A stretch of DNA of 64,000 nucleotides, taken from the NCBI GenBank assembly GCA_918797485.1, contig CAKKNE010000006.1:1922001-1986000 (forward strand), given 5' to 3'. Positions 10,201 through 21,100 of the stretch are shown here, in pieces (position 1 is the first letter of the stretch; each line of letters starts with the position of its first letter). Origin of the DNA: Pelagomonas calceolata. Taxonomy: Eukaryota. The position numbers and the translations under genes were made by a program. The notes beneath the pieces were generated by a model. That model was given only the letters and a program-made list of their open reading frames with translations, was not told where the DNA came from and ran no database searches.

Positions 10201-12177
10201 ATGGCGGCCGGGCCGAAGCAGGCCGCCATCCACGTGGGCGACCGCGTCGCGGTCCGACTCGACGCCAAGTCCACGGAGGAGTCCCGGGGTGAGGTGCGGT
10301 ACGTCGGGCCCAGCGGTGCACAGCGCGCGGTTGTGGGCATACGCCTGGACGAGCGCAAGCGGGGCCTCGGGGATGGCAAGCGGAGCAGCGGCGAGCGGCA
10401 CTTCCGCTGCGAGCCGGGCCACGCCATCTTCGCGAGCCCCTCGCAGTGCCGGCTCGTCGCGCGCGCGCCGCGGCGGGACCGCCGCGCCGCGGGCAAGGAG
10501 AACGAGGCGGCCCCGGCGCCCGCGGCGGCGGCGGCGCCCCCACCGGCGCCGCCCTTCGACCTCGAGGCCGAGTTAGAGGCCGTTGTGGGCCTGGCGGGCG
10601 CCAAGGATGCGCTACGGAGCCTGCGGAACCGGCTCGTCGTCGGCAAGAAGCGCGCGGCGCTCGGCGTCGTCGACGCGCCGCCGCGCCTCTACCTGCTGGT
10701 GGGGGCGCCGGGGGCCGCCTTCGGCGCCGTGGCCCGGGCGCTGGCCGGCCTGCTCGGCGACCTGGGCGTCGTCGGCGCGTCAAAGGTGGCGCGGGAGGAG
10801 GCCACGAGGTGGAGGTGCGGCGGCCGCGGCGACCGCGACCGCGCGGCGGCCGCGGCCCGGGCGGCCGCCGACGCCCTCGACGCGGCGGGGGGCGGCGTCC
10901 TCCTGGTTGGGGGCGCGGGCGACCTCTGCGACGGCGACGGCCAGGCGGCGGCGCTGGACGCTCTCTGCGAGGGGTGGCGCTCGGAGCGGACGGTCCTCGC
11001 GGTCGCGGTGGACGAGCCGCGGCGCGCGGCGCTCCTCCGCGCGGCGCCGCGGCTGGCGGCGGCGCGGCCCGTGGCGCTGGAGCTGGCCGACTACTCCGAG
11101 GCGGAGCTGGCCGAGCTCGTGCGGCGCGACGCGCGGGCGCGGGGCTTCGCCGTGGACCCGGCCGGGGACGGGCCGGACTGGCTCGTGCGGAGCCTGGCGC
11201 CGCGCCGCGCGGGCGCCGGCGAGGGCGAGGGGGGCGTGATCCTGGCGCGGGCGTGCGTGGACGGCGCGCTCCGGAGGCAGACGGACCGCGTGTACGCGAG
11301 CGGCACGGCGTCGTCCGAGAGCCTGCTGCGGCTCCGGCGCGCCGACTTCGAGGACGACGGCGCGCGGGCCGACGCGGGCGCCGCCGCGCTGGCGGCGCTC
11401 GACGGCGTCGTGGGCCTCGCGGGCGTGAAGGAGCACGTCCGGGCCCTGACGGCGCAGGTGCGGCTGGACCGGGAGCGGCGGCGGCACGGCATGCCCGTGG
11501 AGCGGGGCGCGAGCCTGCACTGCGTCTTCCGGGGGCCGCCCGGCACGGGCAAGACGACGGTCGCGCGGCTGCTGGCGCGGGCGCTCGGCGCGCTCGGCGC
11601 CGTGCGGGCGGGCGACCGGGTCGTCGAGTGCGACCGGGGCGCGCTCGTCGCGCCGTACATGGGGCAGACGGCGCTCAAGGTCCGGGAGGCCTTCGACCGC
11701 GCGAGCGGCGGCGTGCTGTTCGTGGACGAGGCCCACGCGCTCGTGGAGAGCGACAAGGACGCGTTCGGGCGCGAGGCCCTCGACACGCTCGTGAAGCTCC
11801 TCGAGGACCGGCGGGGCGACGTCGTCGTCGTCCTCGCGGGGTACTCCGCGGAGATGGCCGCCCTGTTCCGGCGGAACCCCGGCCTGGCGTCGCGCTTCCC
11901 GCACGTCTTCGACTTCGAGGCCTACACGGCGGCGGAGCTGGGGGCCATCGCGCGCGGGCTGCTCGCCGCGCGGGACCTCGAGCTCGCGCCCGGCGCCGGC
12001 GCGGCGCTCGACGAGGCGCTCGCGGCCGCGGGCGGCGGCAACGGCCGCGCCGCGCGGAACATCGTCGAGGCGGCCGCGCGCCGCATGGCGCGGCGCCTCG
12101 ACGGCCGGCTCCGGGACCGCCGGACGGTCCCGCCGGACGAGCTGCGCCGCCTCCTCGCCGCCGACTTCCACCCCTAG
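10201..12177 (+). CDS. CAP-Gly domain fused to tandem CbbX/SpoVK-type AAA+ ATPase domains (first degenerate)
   Basis: N-terminal CAP-Gly-like GEVRYVG...VGIRLDE...GDG...HFRCEPGHAIF. The C-terminal AAA has GPPGTGKT, GGVLFVDEA, VVVLAGY, NPGLASRF and GNGRAARN. The first AAA has eroded Walker motifs (GAPGAAFG, GGVLLVGGA). Confidence 0.8.
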   Translation: MAAGPKQAAIHVGDRVAVRLDAKSTEESRGEVRYVGPSGAQRAVVGIRLDERKRGLGDGKRSSGERHFRCEPGHAIFASPSQCRLVARAPRRDRRAAGKENEAAPAPAAAAAPPPAPPFDLEAELEAVVGLAGAKDALRSLRNRLVVGKKRAALGVVDAPPRLYLLVGAPGAAFGAVARALAGLLGDLGVVGASKVAREEATRWRCGGRGDRDRAAAAARAAADALDAAGGGVLLVGGAGDLCDGDGQAAALDALCEGWRSERTVLAVAVDEPRRAALLRAAPRLAAARPVALELADYSEAELAELVRRDARARGFAVDPAGDGPDWLVRSLAPRRAGAGEGEGGVILARACVDGALRRQTDRVYASGTASSESLLRLRRADFEDDGARADAGAAALAALDGVVGLAGVKEHVRALTAQVRLDRERRRHGMPVERGASLHCVFRGPPGTGKTTVARLLARALGALGAVRAGDRVVECDRGALVAPYMGQTALKVREAFDRASGGVLFVDEAHALVESDKDAFGREALDTLVKLLEDRRGDVVVVLAGYSAEMAALFRRNPGLASRFPHVFDFEAYTAAELGAIARGLLAARDLELAPGAGAALDEALAAAGGGNGRAARNIVEAAARRMARRLDGRLRDRRTVPPDELRRLLAADFHP

Positions 12178-12226
12178 GCGGACCGGACCGCAACCAACCC
12201 CGGGGACAACGATTAATCTATCGCGA

Positions 12227-13282
12227 TTACTTCACCGCCACGGCGTCCGCGGCGGCGAGCGCCGCGTCGATGTCGGCGTGGAACTCGGCCTCGAGGGGCG
12301 CCAGGGGGGGCCGGATGCCGGTGGCGAGGCCCCGGGCGCCTGCGTGGAAATCAACCGGCGTGTCGGGCGCACCGTCGAGCGGCGAGGACCCGACATGGCC
12401 ACGCCATCGAGCAGATATCAGGACGAACGCGCCGTGCACTTGATTTCCTCGCGGCCGCGCGCGGTGCAGCGCGTACTTCACCGGGATGGGGTTCGCCTGG
12501 CAGAACAGCTTCTCGTGGAGCGGCCGCAGCGAGTCGTCGATGGCCCGCGCGGCGGCGCCCGCCGGCGCCCGCAGCATGCGCGCCATGGCGGCCGGCGCGA
12601 CGTTCGCCGTGACCGAGATGACGCCGTCGCCGCCGAGCTCGACGAACTCGCGGCCCATGGCGTCCTCGCCCGAGTAGAGCAGGAGGTCGCCGCCGCAGGC
12701 GTCCCGCAGCGCCGCGACGCGTCCGTTGTCGCCCGTGGCCTCCTTGATCCCCCTGACGTTCGGGTGCGCTGCCAATCGCGCGACGGTCTCGGGCAGCAGG
12801 TCGACGCCCGTGCGTCCCGGCACGTTGTAGAGGACCATGGGCAGGTCGACGGCCTCGGCGACCGCGAGGAAGTGCGCCTCGAGCGCGCGCTGCGGCGGCT
12901 TGACGTAGTACGGCGTCACGACGAGCGTGCCGTCCGCCCCCAATGCTTTCGCCCGCCGGCCCATGGCCACGACGGCGCGCGTGTCGATGGCGCCCGTGCC
13001 GGCCACGACGGGCACGCGGCCGCGGCACGCGTCGACGCACGTCTCGAGCACGCGGTCGCGCTCGGCGGCGTCCAGCGTCGAGGCCTCGCCCGTCGTGCCG
13101 AGCGCCACGACGCCGTCCGTGCCGCTCGCGACGTGCCACTCGAGGAGGTTGCGCAAGGCGCCGTAGTCCACGGCGTTGGCCGCGTCCATGGGCGTCACGA
13201 GCGCGACGTAGCTCCCGCGGCCGAGCTGGACGGCGGCGGCCACGACGCCGGGCCAGAGCATGATGAGGCGACCGCCACGCAT
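12227..13282 (-). CDS. dapA: 4-hydroxy-tetrahydrodipicolinate synthase (DHDPS); exons 13282-12463 and 12339-12227
   Basis: Motifs ALVTPM, GTTGE, TPYY, YNVPGRTG, GIKEATG, GVISVTAN, NPIPVK. Removing the 123-nt introner gives ...YALHRARGLATGIRPPL. Confidence 0.92.
   Translation of the reverse strand: MRGGRLIMLWPGVVAAAVQLGRGSYVALVTPMDAANAVDYGALRNLLEWHVASGTDGVVALGTTGEASTLDAAERDRVLETCVDACRGRVPVVAGTGAIDTRAVVAMGRRAKALGADGTLVVTPYYVKPPQRALEAHFLAVAEAVDLPMVLYNVPGRTGVDLLPETVARLAAHPNVRGIKEATGDNGRVAALRDACGGDLLLYSGEDAMGREFVELGGDGVISVTANVAPAAMARMLRAPAGAAARAIDDSLRPLHEKLFCQANPIPVKYALHRARPRGNQVHGAFVLISARWRGHVGSSPLDGAPDTPVDFHAGARGLATGIRPPLAPLEAEFHADIDAALAAADAVAVK
12340..12462 (-). mobile_element. Introner element forming a GC-AG intron in dapA
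   Basis: TIRs CTGCGTGGAAATCAA / TTGATTTCCTCGCGG; near-perfect 8-bp TSD CCGGGCGC (12332-12339) vs CCGCGCGC (12455-12462); length 123 nt. Confidence 0.85.
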
Positions 13283-14207
13283 AGCAATTTGCTCTAAAAC
13301 ACTCTCGTAGTTGGGCCCTGCTACTGCGGTACCGCGTTCTATGGGTAAAGCGCGCGGGCCGCGCGGCGAGCGTAGACTAGTGACAGAGACGCTAGCAAAG
13401 AGACAAAGGTACCAGCCGCTAGAGGGCGTACGGGCACCCAAGCGGCCGTCGGCAGCTTTCCTTTTGCGCGCAGGCGCAAAATTGACCGAGAACGACGGAA
13501 AACGTTAGCAATTTTAGACGATGCGACGCCGACGCGAGAGCTCCCTTTCAGAGCTCCATCCTCCCGCTTTAGAGCCCCGAGACGGGTAAAAAAAAAAAAC
13601 TTAAAAAAAGTACTATATCGCGGCGACGGTGTGCATATGGCCTTGACGCAGCCGTTGAGCGTCGTCGAGCCGCGAGGGAGCCTCTCATACCCTACCGACC
13701 AGCGTCCGCCTTTGGTTCCAGCGAAAACCGCCGGGAAATGAGCCATAGTGCCCCCGTTCGCGACCGTGTTCGGGAACGAATGGATGAAAATCTACGCGGT
13801 GGATTTGTAACTTTCTCATAGCAAAGTTCACGCAAATGCGGTCCTGAGCCCCTGTGTCGCGCTCAGTTACAAATCCAACGAGAGGGGGCCGCGGGGCGTC
13901 GATCGTCGAATGGAACCGCCGACCGTGGCTGCCCTTCCCGAGCACCGTTGCTGCTGAAACTTGGCATGCGAGGCCGTCATGGGGGCATGCCTCTGCCCCC
14001 GGGGCGGTGCTGGTGGCGGTGCACCCGCTGGGTCGCACTGGCATCCGCCTCTAAAACACCAAAAGGAGACATACATCTGCGGGGTAAAAGTAGCCTGGTT
14101 CCTCCGGTGCTTCTGCTCCCTCCCGTGTATAGCATATGCCCCATGGTCTATGGCTGTAAGACAAAGCTCAAGATAAATCACTGGCGATCTCCTTTCGAAA
14201 GATAAGT

Positions 14208-14828
14208 ATGGCAGACCTGCTGGCGCCGCCGGCGCCGCCGCCGCTAGCTCCCGACGAGCGCCGGAAATTGTTGAGCGCGGCGCGGCGCCATCGAGCGGCC
14301 TGGCTCGACGACCTGTGCGTCGGCCTGGCCGCGACGCGGCGAAGCAGGGAGTGCTCGCTCGTCGACGCCATTTGCGCCGACGCGATCCCGTCGGCGGGCG
14401 CGGTGGTACGGGCGCTCTGCAAGGCCGCCGGCGACGACGGGGCGGTCCTGCCGCCGGGAGCCTTCGTGGCGGACGCGCTGGACCTCGCGCGGGCGCAGCC
14501 GGACGCGACGCGGGAGGGGGCCGCGGCGCTCGCCGAGGCGTTGAAGCACCCGCGGCACGCGGAAGCCGCGCGCGCTCTCGAACGAGGTGGGCGCGGGCTT
14601 GGCGACGTCGCCGAGCTCGCCGCGCGGCTGGCGAACGAGGTGGGCGCGGACGTGGAGGCCGCCGAGGCGCTCGTGCGGAGGGCGCGGGCGCTCTACGGCG
14701 ACGCGGCGGCGGCCGCGACGACGACGGTCGCGGCGGCGCCGGCGCCGCGGGCCGCACAGCAGCGAAATCGGGTGACGGCGCGCGCCGTCCGCGCGCGGCG
14801 TACTGGCACGAGCTCCTCTCCTTCATGA
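14208..14828 (+). CDS. Hypothetical helical protein, probably 3'-truncated or frameshifted
   Basis: 206-aa ORF with host-like GC3 bias. The C-terminus degrades and abuts retroelement remnants. Confidence 0.45.
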   Translation: MADLLAPPAPPPLAPDERRKLLSAARRHRAAWLDDLCVGLAATRRSRECSLVDAICADAIPSAGAVVRALCKAAGDDGAVLPPGAFVADALDLARAQPDATREGAAALAEALKHPRHAEAARALERGGRGLGDVAELAARLANEVGADVEAAEALVRRARALYGDAAAAATTTVAAAPAPRAAQQRNRVTARAVRARRTGTSSSPS

Positions 14829-14865
14829 AGTGCCCATGTTTAGACCCGTGTTTGTAATCATAATT

Positions 14866-15304
14866 ATTTGCTCTATCGTTTCTTGACGTCTCTTTTTAAG
14901 CGCCGGCTGGGTATCCTAGCCGCGCAGGGAGAAGGCCTCTAGAGGCTTGGTGTATGTCCTTTTCCTTTAGGATATTCCTTCCTTCCTTAATTATTTGAAT
15001 GCTCGGCTTTTACGAAAGAACGTGACACGTTCCTTGAACGATTATACGAGTTGCACCCTATCGCGCGTGGTTTGAGCCCCGAAGGTCACTGCGACTTCTT
15101 CAAGTTAATGCGTGACGATTTACCTCACGAGACTGAGAATACTGTGTATAGATACCTTTCTGCTATTTCGAAGCTCCGGTTGGGCATCCTGACCGAGCAG
15201 GGAGAAGGCTCTTAGGAGCTTGTTCCTTTTTTTAGGTCTTCCTTAATTTATTTATTTATTTATTTATTTATTTGCTTTGCTTAGAGCTAGGCCGCCTAGC
15301 TACC

Positions 15305-15355
<51 letters not shown>

Positions 15356-15356
15356 T
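14866..15356 (+). mobile_element. Stacked 5'-truncated non-LTR retrotransposon 3' ends with (TTTA)n tails
   Basis: Two fragments encode ...LLYRFLTSLFKRRLGILAAQGEGL* and LFECSAFTKER...ISKLRLGILTEQGEGS*, each followed by a short 3' UTR, with TTTA arrays downstream. Homologous to 21561-21845 and 26513-26726. Confidence 0.7.
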
Positions 15357-15883
15357 GTATTCATAATTAATTCCTCCTCCGAGTCGAATCTAAAGGCGTC
15401 CCGCCGACTTCGCGCACACCGAGAGGGGGCCGCCGCCAAGGGGCCGGACCCCGATTGCATCGGGGGCTGTGGCGCCTCCCCGTCCATAGCCCGAACGGGG
15501 AATCTTACTGCGAATGACCCCAGTGGTTGCCCCACATTCTGGCAGAGGGTGGGGCCCTGAACAAGCGAGGGGCCGGAAGCCGCACCAGGCGACGTTTGGG
15601 CAAACAAACCTACACTAAGAGCCGCCGTAGCTTGCGAATCCTACCGGCCAGGGGCACCAAAGGCGGTCGATCTACGCTATCGACGTAGAAACCCGCGAGC
15701 TCTGGAGGCTCGGGGCTCAATCGCCAGTGATTTATCTTTAGCCTTATTTTACTCTGCAGCCAAATGTGCTCGTCAGGTAAGCCCAAACAGCGACGTCGAT
15801 CACCAGATTTCGGGCACCCCTCACCCCGCGAGAGGGGGGCGCCCTCGGGGCGAACTAGGTACTCGTACTACTAGTAGGATGCC

Positions 15884-16318
15884 TTAGGACCGCGGCTTCT
15901 CCTTCTTCTCCTTGTAGAGCGCGAGCAGCGACACGCCGGCGACCTTGGCGATCTTGAAGCGCACGCCGGGGATGTCGCCGACGGCGTGGCCGCGGCGGCC
16001 GAAGCCCGCGACGAGGACCTCGTCGTTCTCGTCGACGTAGTTGAGGCAGCCGTCGCGCGGCACGAAGGCGGCGATCTTCTTGCCGTTCTTGATGAGCTGC
16101 ACGCGGACGCACTTGCGGATGGCCGAGTTGGGCTGCTTGGCCTCGATGCCGATCTTCTCGAGCACGATGCCCTTGGCGTGCGACGCGCCGCCGAAGGGCT
16201 TGGCGTACTGCGAGATGTTGTGCGCCTTGGCGTACTCCTTGTTCGCCCACTTCTGGAGCCGCCGGTGGTTCTTGAGCTTGCGCCCGGCGCGCAGGCCGTT
16301 CGGCTTGCCCTTGCCCAT
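15884..16318 (-). CDS. RPS23: 40S ribosomal protein S23 (uS12)
   Basis: [15 protein letters not shown]...[42 protein letters not shown]...KEKKEKPRS; intronless. Confidence 0.98.
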   Translation of the reverse strand: MGKGKPNGLRAGRKLKNHRRLQKWANKEYAKAHNISQYAKPFGGASHAKGIVLEKIGIEAKQPNSAIRKCVRVQLIKNGKKIAAFVPRDGCLNYVDENDEVLVAGFGRRGHAVGDIPGVRFKIAKVAGVSLLALYKEKKEKPRS

Positions 16319-18181
16319 GGTCCGCGCGGCGCCTGCGTTGTGATTTGAACGAGTGAGCGTCGCGGCCTCGACGGCGGCCCCCCTTGTGGCTGATGCAGCG
16401 CGCACGCGCCGCCCGACGCCCGCGCTCGACCCTGTGGCCTCTCGCGCACGGCCGAGCGAGCCGGAGCCGGAGCTCGACCGTGCCACTGCCGGCGACGACG
16501 GTCTCAAGCGCGAGCGAGCTCGCGCCGCCGGCGCCGGCTTTGAGCGGGCACGCGCCGCCGCCACTTTGGGGAGGCGCAATGAGCACGCACAAACCGTAGC
16601 GCAACCGCGGCGCAAGCCTCTCTCGCGGGCGTCCTCGGGAAGTCACAGCTCGTCCCGACGCGGCGCTCGCGCTGTCAGCGGAAAGCTTAGGCTGTCGCCT
16701 AAAGCTTTAGGCGCTCGCTACAAGCTCGTACAAGCGACTACTAGTAATACTAGTAGCAAGCTCGACAGGCAGCCGTTTTTGGGCAGCACGTCTCGACGCG
16801 CTACGCGCGGAAGAGGGATTCAGACGACGCGCAGCAGTGCGGACAGCAGCGATGACGTTGTGAAAAACGAGTCCGGGGGTCCGAGCGCACAGCCCTCAAT
16901 TTACCTTGGTACCGGCTGGAGCTGCCGGCGCGGCGCCGACGGGACGGATTTAGCAGGTAGGATAGCAGGTTAGCAGGTAGAGACGGAGACGAATTGGATG
17001 TATGCGGGCGTGCGACTACGCACGGGCTCGAGCACGCGGACGTGAACGTCCTCACCGGTATCGGGCGGCGGCCTCTGAAAGCTCTCTGAGACTAGCGGTC
17101 GCGTCGGAGCTACGCCGCCGAAGCCGACGTTCGGGAAGAAATCAAGAAAAAAAAGTAATGCTACCACATTATCAATATTCATATAATGTGCCGGGTTCCA
17201 GGTCCGGAATACAAATCTGCAGAGTGATATTTTTACTTGTAATAATTCTTACCCGACGGCCGTGCCTACGCCTGACGCTGCGGTCTACATGCACGGTGTT
17301 CGACCTAGTAGAGCGGCCGGCGTCGGCTGCTGCGCGCGTTTGTTGTTTTACCTGCGGGTTTTGATATAAGTATCAAAATATTTCATTCGGGCGGCGGGGG
17401 CGGTCCCGAGCGGGGCGTCGCGTCGGCGGCGCCACCGAGAGCCAGACAGAAGAAGGACCCGACGCGACGAACGGGGCCGTCGGCCGTCGTGGGCTCGGGC
17501 GTGGGGTGCCCGCCTCGCGCGCCGGCCGTGCCGCGTCGGCGGGCGTGCCGGCGGCGTCATCCTCGCCGCGCCGCGCGCCCGGGCGGCGCCGCGCGCGCGG
17601 GACGCGCACTCCGCCGCGGCGCGACTGCGAAGTTTAGGGCAAGAACGAAGCAGCGGTGTGTGTAGGACGTCATGGTGATTTCGACGCGGTGTGGCGCGCG
17701 AGTGGGTGACGTTATACGGCCCCGTTAGAGCGCCTTTTAGGCGCTGGTGCTGGCGTTGGTGTCAGGGCTTGAGTGCAGGCGCGGCGAGGGTGCCGAGCCG
17801 ATGCGCTGGGCGGCGAGGTGCCGTCGGGTGCTGCCGCGGCGTGCTGCGTCCTCCGCGGCGCGGGGGCTGCGATCACGCTGTTATACGGCGTCTCAGTGGC
17901 ATTCACGATGAGCAAAAAGGCCAGACTTGCCTTACTGAAATTCTCTCAGGAGGCCTCCGCGGACCAAGACCCATCCGTGCCGGGGCCTAGCAGGACGCCT
18001 CTTTGGCCGTGCGTCCGAAAGTACGAGCCTGTACGTCGTCCGCGAGGCATAGAGGTTCTAGCTTCTAGCGGCGCCGAGACACCCCGGCCGCGAGCGCGCG
18101 GCACCTGAAGAGTCCCGCCGACCGGAGGCGGCACCTGGAGGACGCCGTCCCGCCGAACGCGAGGAGGCGAAAAACACGCAC

Positions 18182-21100
18182 ATGGCGGCGCAGACCAGCG
18201 CCAGCGAGGACGAGGAGGACGACGCGAGCGCGGCGCCGGGCGCGGCGCCCGGCGCGCCCCCCGGCTATGCCTGCCAGCACTGCCGCGCGCTCTGCCCGTA
18301 CAACGCGCGGCGCTGCGGCGCGTGCGGCCGCGGCGTCCGCTACGCGCCCGCCGCGGGGCCCGAGGCGGAGGACGGCGACGACGACGCACGGCGCGCGTCG
18401 GCGCCGCCGTCGGCGCGGCGCGCGGCGCCGGGCCGGGCCGGGCCGCGGCTGAGCCCCGTCGGGGCCTTCGACGCGCGCGAGGTCGCCGCGCACCTGAGCG
18501 CGCTGCGCTGCGAGCAGCTCCACCGCGCGCTGCGCCAGCTCGTGCAGCGGCTCATGCAGCACCCGCTCAACCAGAACTGGTTCAACGAGCCCGTCGACCC
18601 CGTCCGGCTGAACCTGCCGGACTACTTCGCCATCGTCCGCGAGCCCATGGACCTCGGCACGGTCAAGTCGCGGCTCGCGGCGTTCGCGTACAGCGACGTG
18701 CCGGCGCTCGCGGCGGACGTGCGCCGCGTCTTCGACAACGCGCAGCGCTACAACCCGCCGCGCAACGCCGTGCACCGCGCGGCGGCGGAGCTCGCGCGCG
18801 ACTTCGACGCCGACCTCGAGCGCGCGCTGGAGCGCTGCGCGCGCGCGAGCCAGGCGGCGCACGAACACGCGTGCGGCCTCTGCCGCGGGCGGCGCTGCGC
18901 CCTCTGCGGCGACAAGTGCATCACGCTCGAGGCGCCGGCGCTCATCTGCTCGGGCCCGTGCCAGCAGCGCGTGCGCCGCGACCAGCAGTACCACGCGACG
19001 CGCGACGGGAGCCGGCTCTGGTGCCACAAGTGCTACCTGGGCCTCAAGGCGGTCATCCCGCCGCCGGCCGACGCGCACGCGCGGCCGCGGGCCCAGGACG
19101 CGGCGCACGCGCAGGCCACGGGCCTCTGGTACAAGCGCGACCTGATCAAGCGGCGCTTCGACTGCGACGTGCACGAGCCCTGGGTCCAGTGCGACTGCTG
19201 CCTGCGCTGGGCGCACCAGGCCTGCGCGCTCTTCAACGCCAAGGCCGAGCGCGACGCGCGGGGCGCGGCCGGGGCCTTCGTCTGCCCGCTCTGCGAGCTC
19301 CAGCACGCGCACCTGCCGCCGCGGGGGAAGCGGCGGCGGGGCGACGGCGCGGAGGCCGCGGCGCCGCTGCGGCTGCGCGCGCTGACGAAGACGCGGCTCG
19401 CGCTCGAGGACGACGACGACGCGGCCTCGGACGACGACGGCGGCGGCGGCGGCGGCGGCGCGCCGCGCGCGCGGCCCGCGCCGGCAACGGGCGCGCGGCG
19501 CTGCGACGACACGGTGCTGCGGTCGTTCCCCGCCCCGGGGCCGCTGCTCGAGCTGCGCGAGGGCGACGCGTGGCACGGCCCGCCGCCGCCGGGGCCGCCC
19601 GAGGCCGCGCCCGGCGCCGTCGCGGGCGCGCGGCGCCGGGCGCCGGCCGCGCCCGCGCGCTGGTGGCGCGCGGCGGACCTCGCGGACACGCGGATGACGG
19701 CGTTCCTGCAGGCGCGCGTGCGCCAGCGCATGGTCGAGCTGGGCGGCGCGGCGGCGGGCTTCGCGCCGACCGTGGCCGTCAAGCTCGTGAGCTGCGTGCC
19801 GCGGCGGCTCCGCGCGCCGGACATCCTGCGGGAGCACTTCCGGGGGCGCGACGGCGCGGCGCTGCCCGAGTTCCTCAAGTACGAGTCGCGGGCCGTCGTC
19901 CTCTTCCAGAAGCTGGACGGCTGCGACGTCATGGTCTTCTCGATGTACGTGCACGAGTTCCCGACGGCCGCGGGCGGGCCCTCGGCGGGGCGCGTCTACG
20001 TCGCCTACCTGGACAGCGTCGAGTACTTCCGGCCGCGCACGGCGCGCACGGAGGTCTACCACGAGCTGCTCGTGGCCTACCTCGACTGGTCGCGCGGCCG
20101 CGGCTTCGACGCGGCGCACATCTGGGCCTGCCCGCCGCAGCGCGGCAACAACTTCATCTTCTGGTGCCACCCGCAGCACCAGCGGACGCCGTCGCGCGAG
20201 CGGCTCACGGAGTGGTACCGGGCGATGGTCGCGCGCGCGACGGCGACGGGCGCCGTGCGGCGCGTCGCGACGCTCTACGACGAGTGCTTCGCGGCCTGGG
20301 ACACGACGCGGCGGCGCCACAAGCCGCAGCACGCGCAGCGGCCGGCGGTCTGGGTCGACAACGCCGACGCCGACGAGGGCGCCCCGGCGCCGCGGCTGCC
20401 CGTCTGCCCGCCCGTCTTCGACGGCGACTACTGGCCCGAGGAGTGCGGGCGGCTGGGCGGCCTGATCGAGCGGCGGCGGGGCCTCTTCGGGGGCAACCAC
20501 GCGCTGCGGTCGCAGACCGAGGGCGCGCCGGAGCACCAGCTCGAGGGCCTCGTGCTCTCGCTCAAGGCGCAGCCCGCGGCGTACCCCTTCAACCGGCCCG
20601 TCGACCCCGAGGCGCTGGGGCTCAAGGACTACCGGACCGTCTGCCCGCACCCGATGGACCTGGGGACCGTGGCCACGCAGCTCCAGGCGAAGCGGTACGC
20701 GACGCCCGACCGGGTCGTGGCCGACGTGCGGCTCGTCTTCCGGAACGCCTCGCGCTACAACCCCCCGGGCCACCCGGTGCACGAGGCCGCGCGGACGCTG
20801 CTCGCGCACTTCGAGCGGAAGCTGGACCAGCTGCTCGAGCGGCTCGTGAGCACGGGCGCGGCCGAGTCGCCGGACGCGTGGCTCGCGGGCTACCCCCTGG
20901 ACCGGGCGGCGGCGGACGCGGAGGACCGGGCGCCGTCCGTGCGCGCGCGGCTCCTGCCGGAGCTCGCCGGCAGCGTGCACCGCATGAAGGAGTCGCTCTT
21001 CGTGCTCTACCTGCAGGACGGCCGCGCGGACGCGTCGGGCGAGATCCGCGACCCGGACGCGGGCCTCCGGCTGAGCTGCCCGCTGCTCGACTCGCGCCAC

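Noticed and set aside
10201..12177. Calling the AAA gene cbbX (Rubisco activase)
   Set aside because: It has no plastid presequence and carries an extra CAP-Gly and a degenerate AAA domain, so only a family-level resemblance is supported.
15621..15650. tRNA-like fragment GCCGCCGTAGCT...CGAATCCTACCGGC
   Set aside because: Only ~30 nt, with no D or anticodon arms; it cannot form a cloverleaf.
15739..15751. 13-nt minus-strand match (TAAAATAAGGCTA) to the SpCas9 tracrRNA scaffold
   Set aside because: Short and AT-rich with no flanking similarity; treated as chance.
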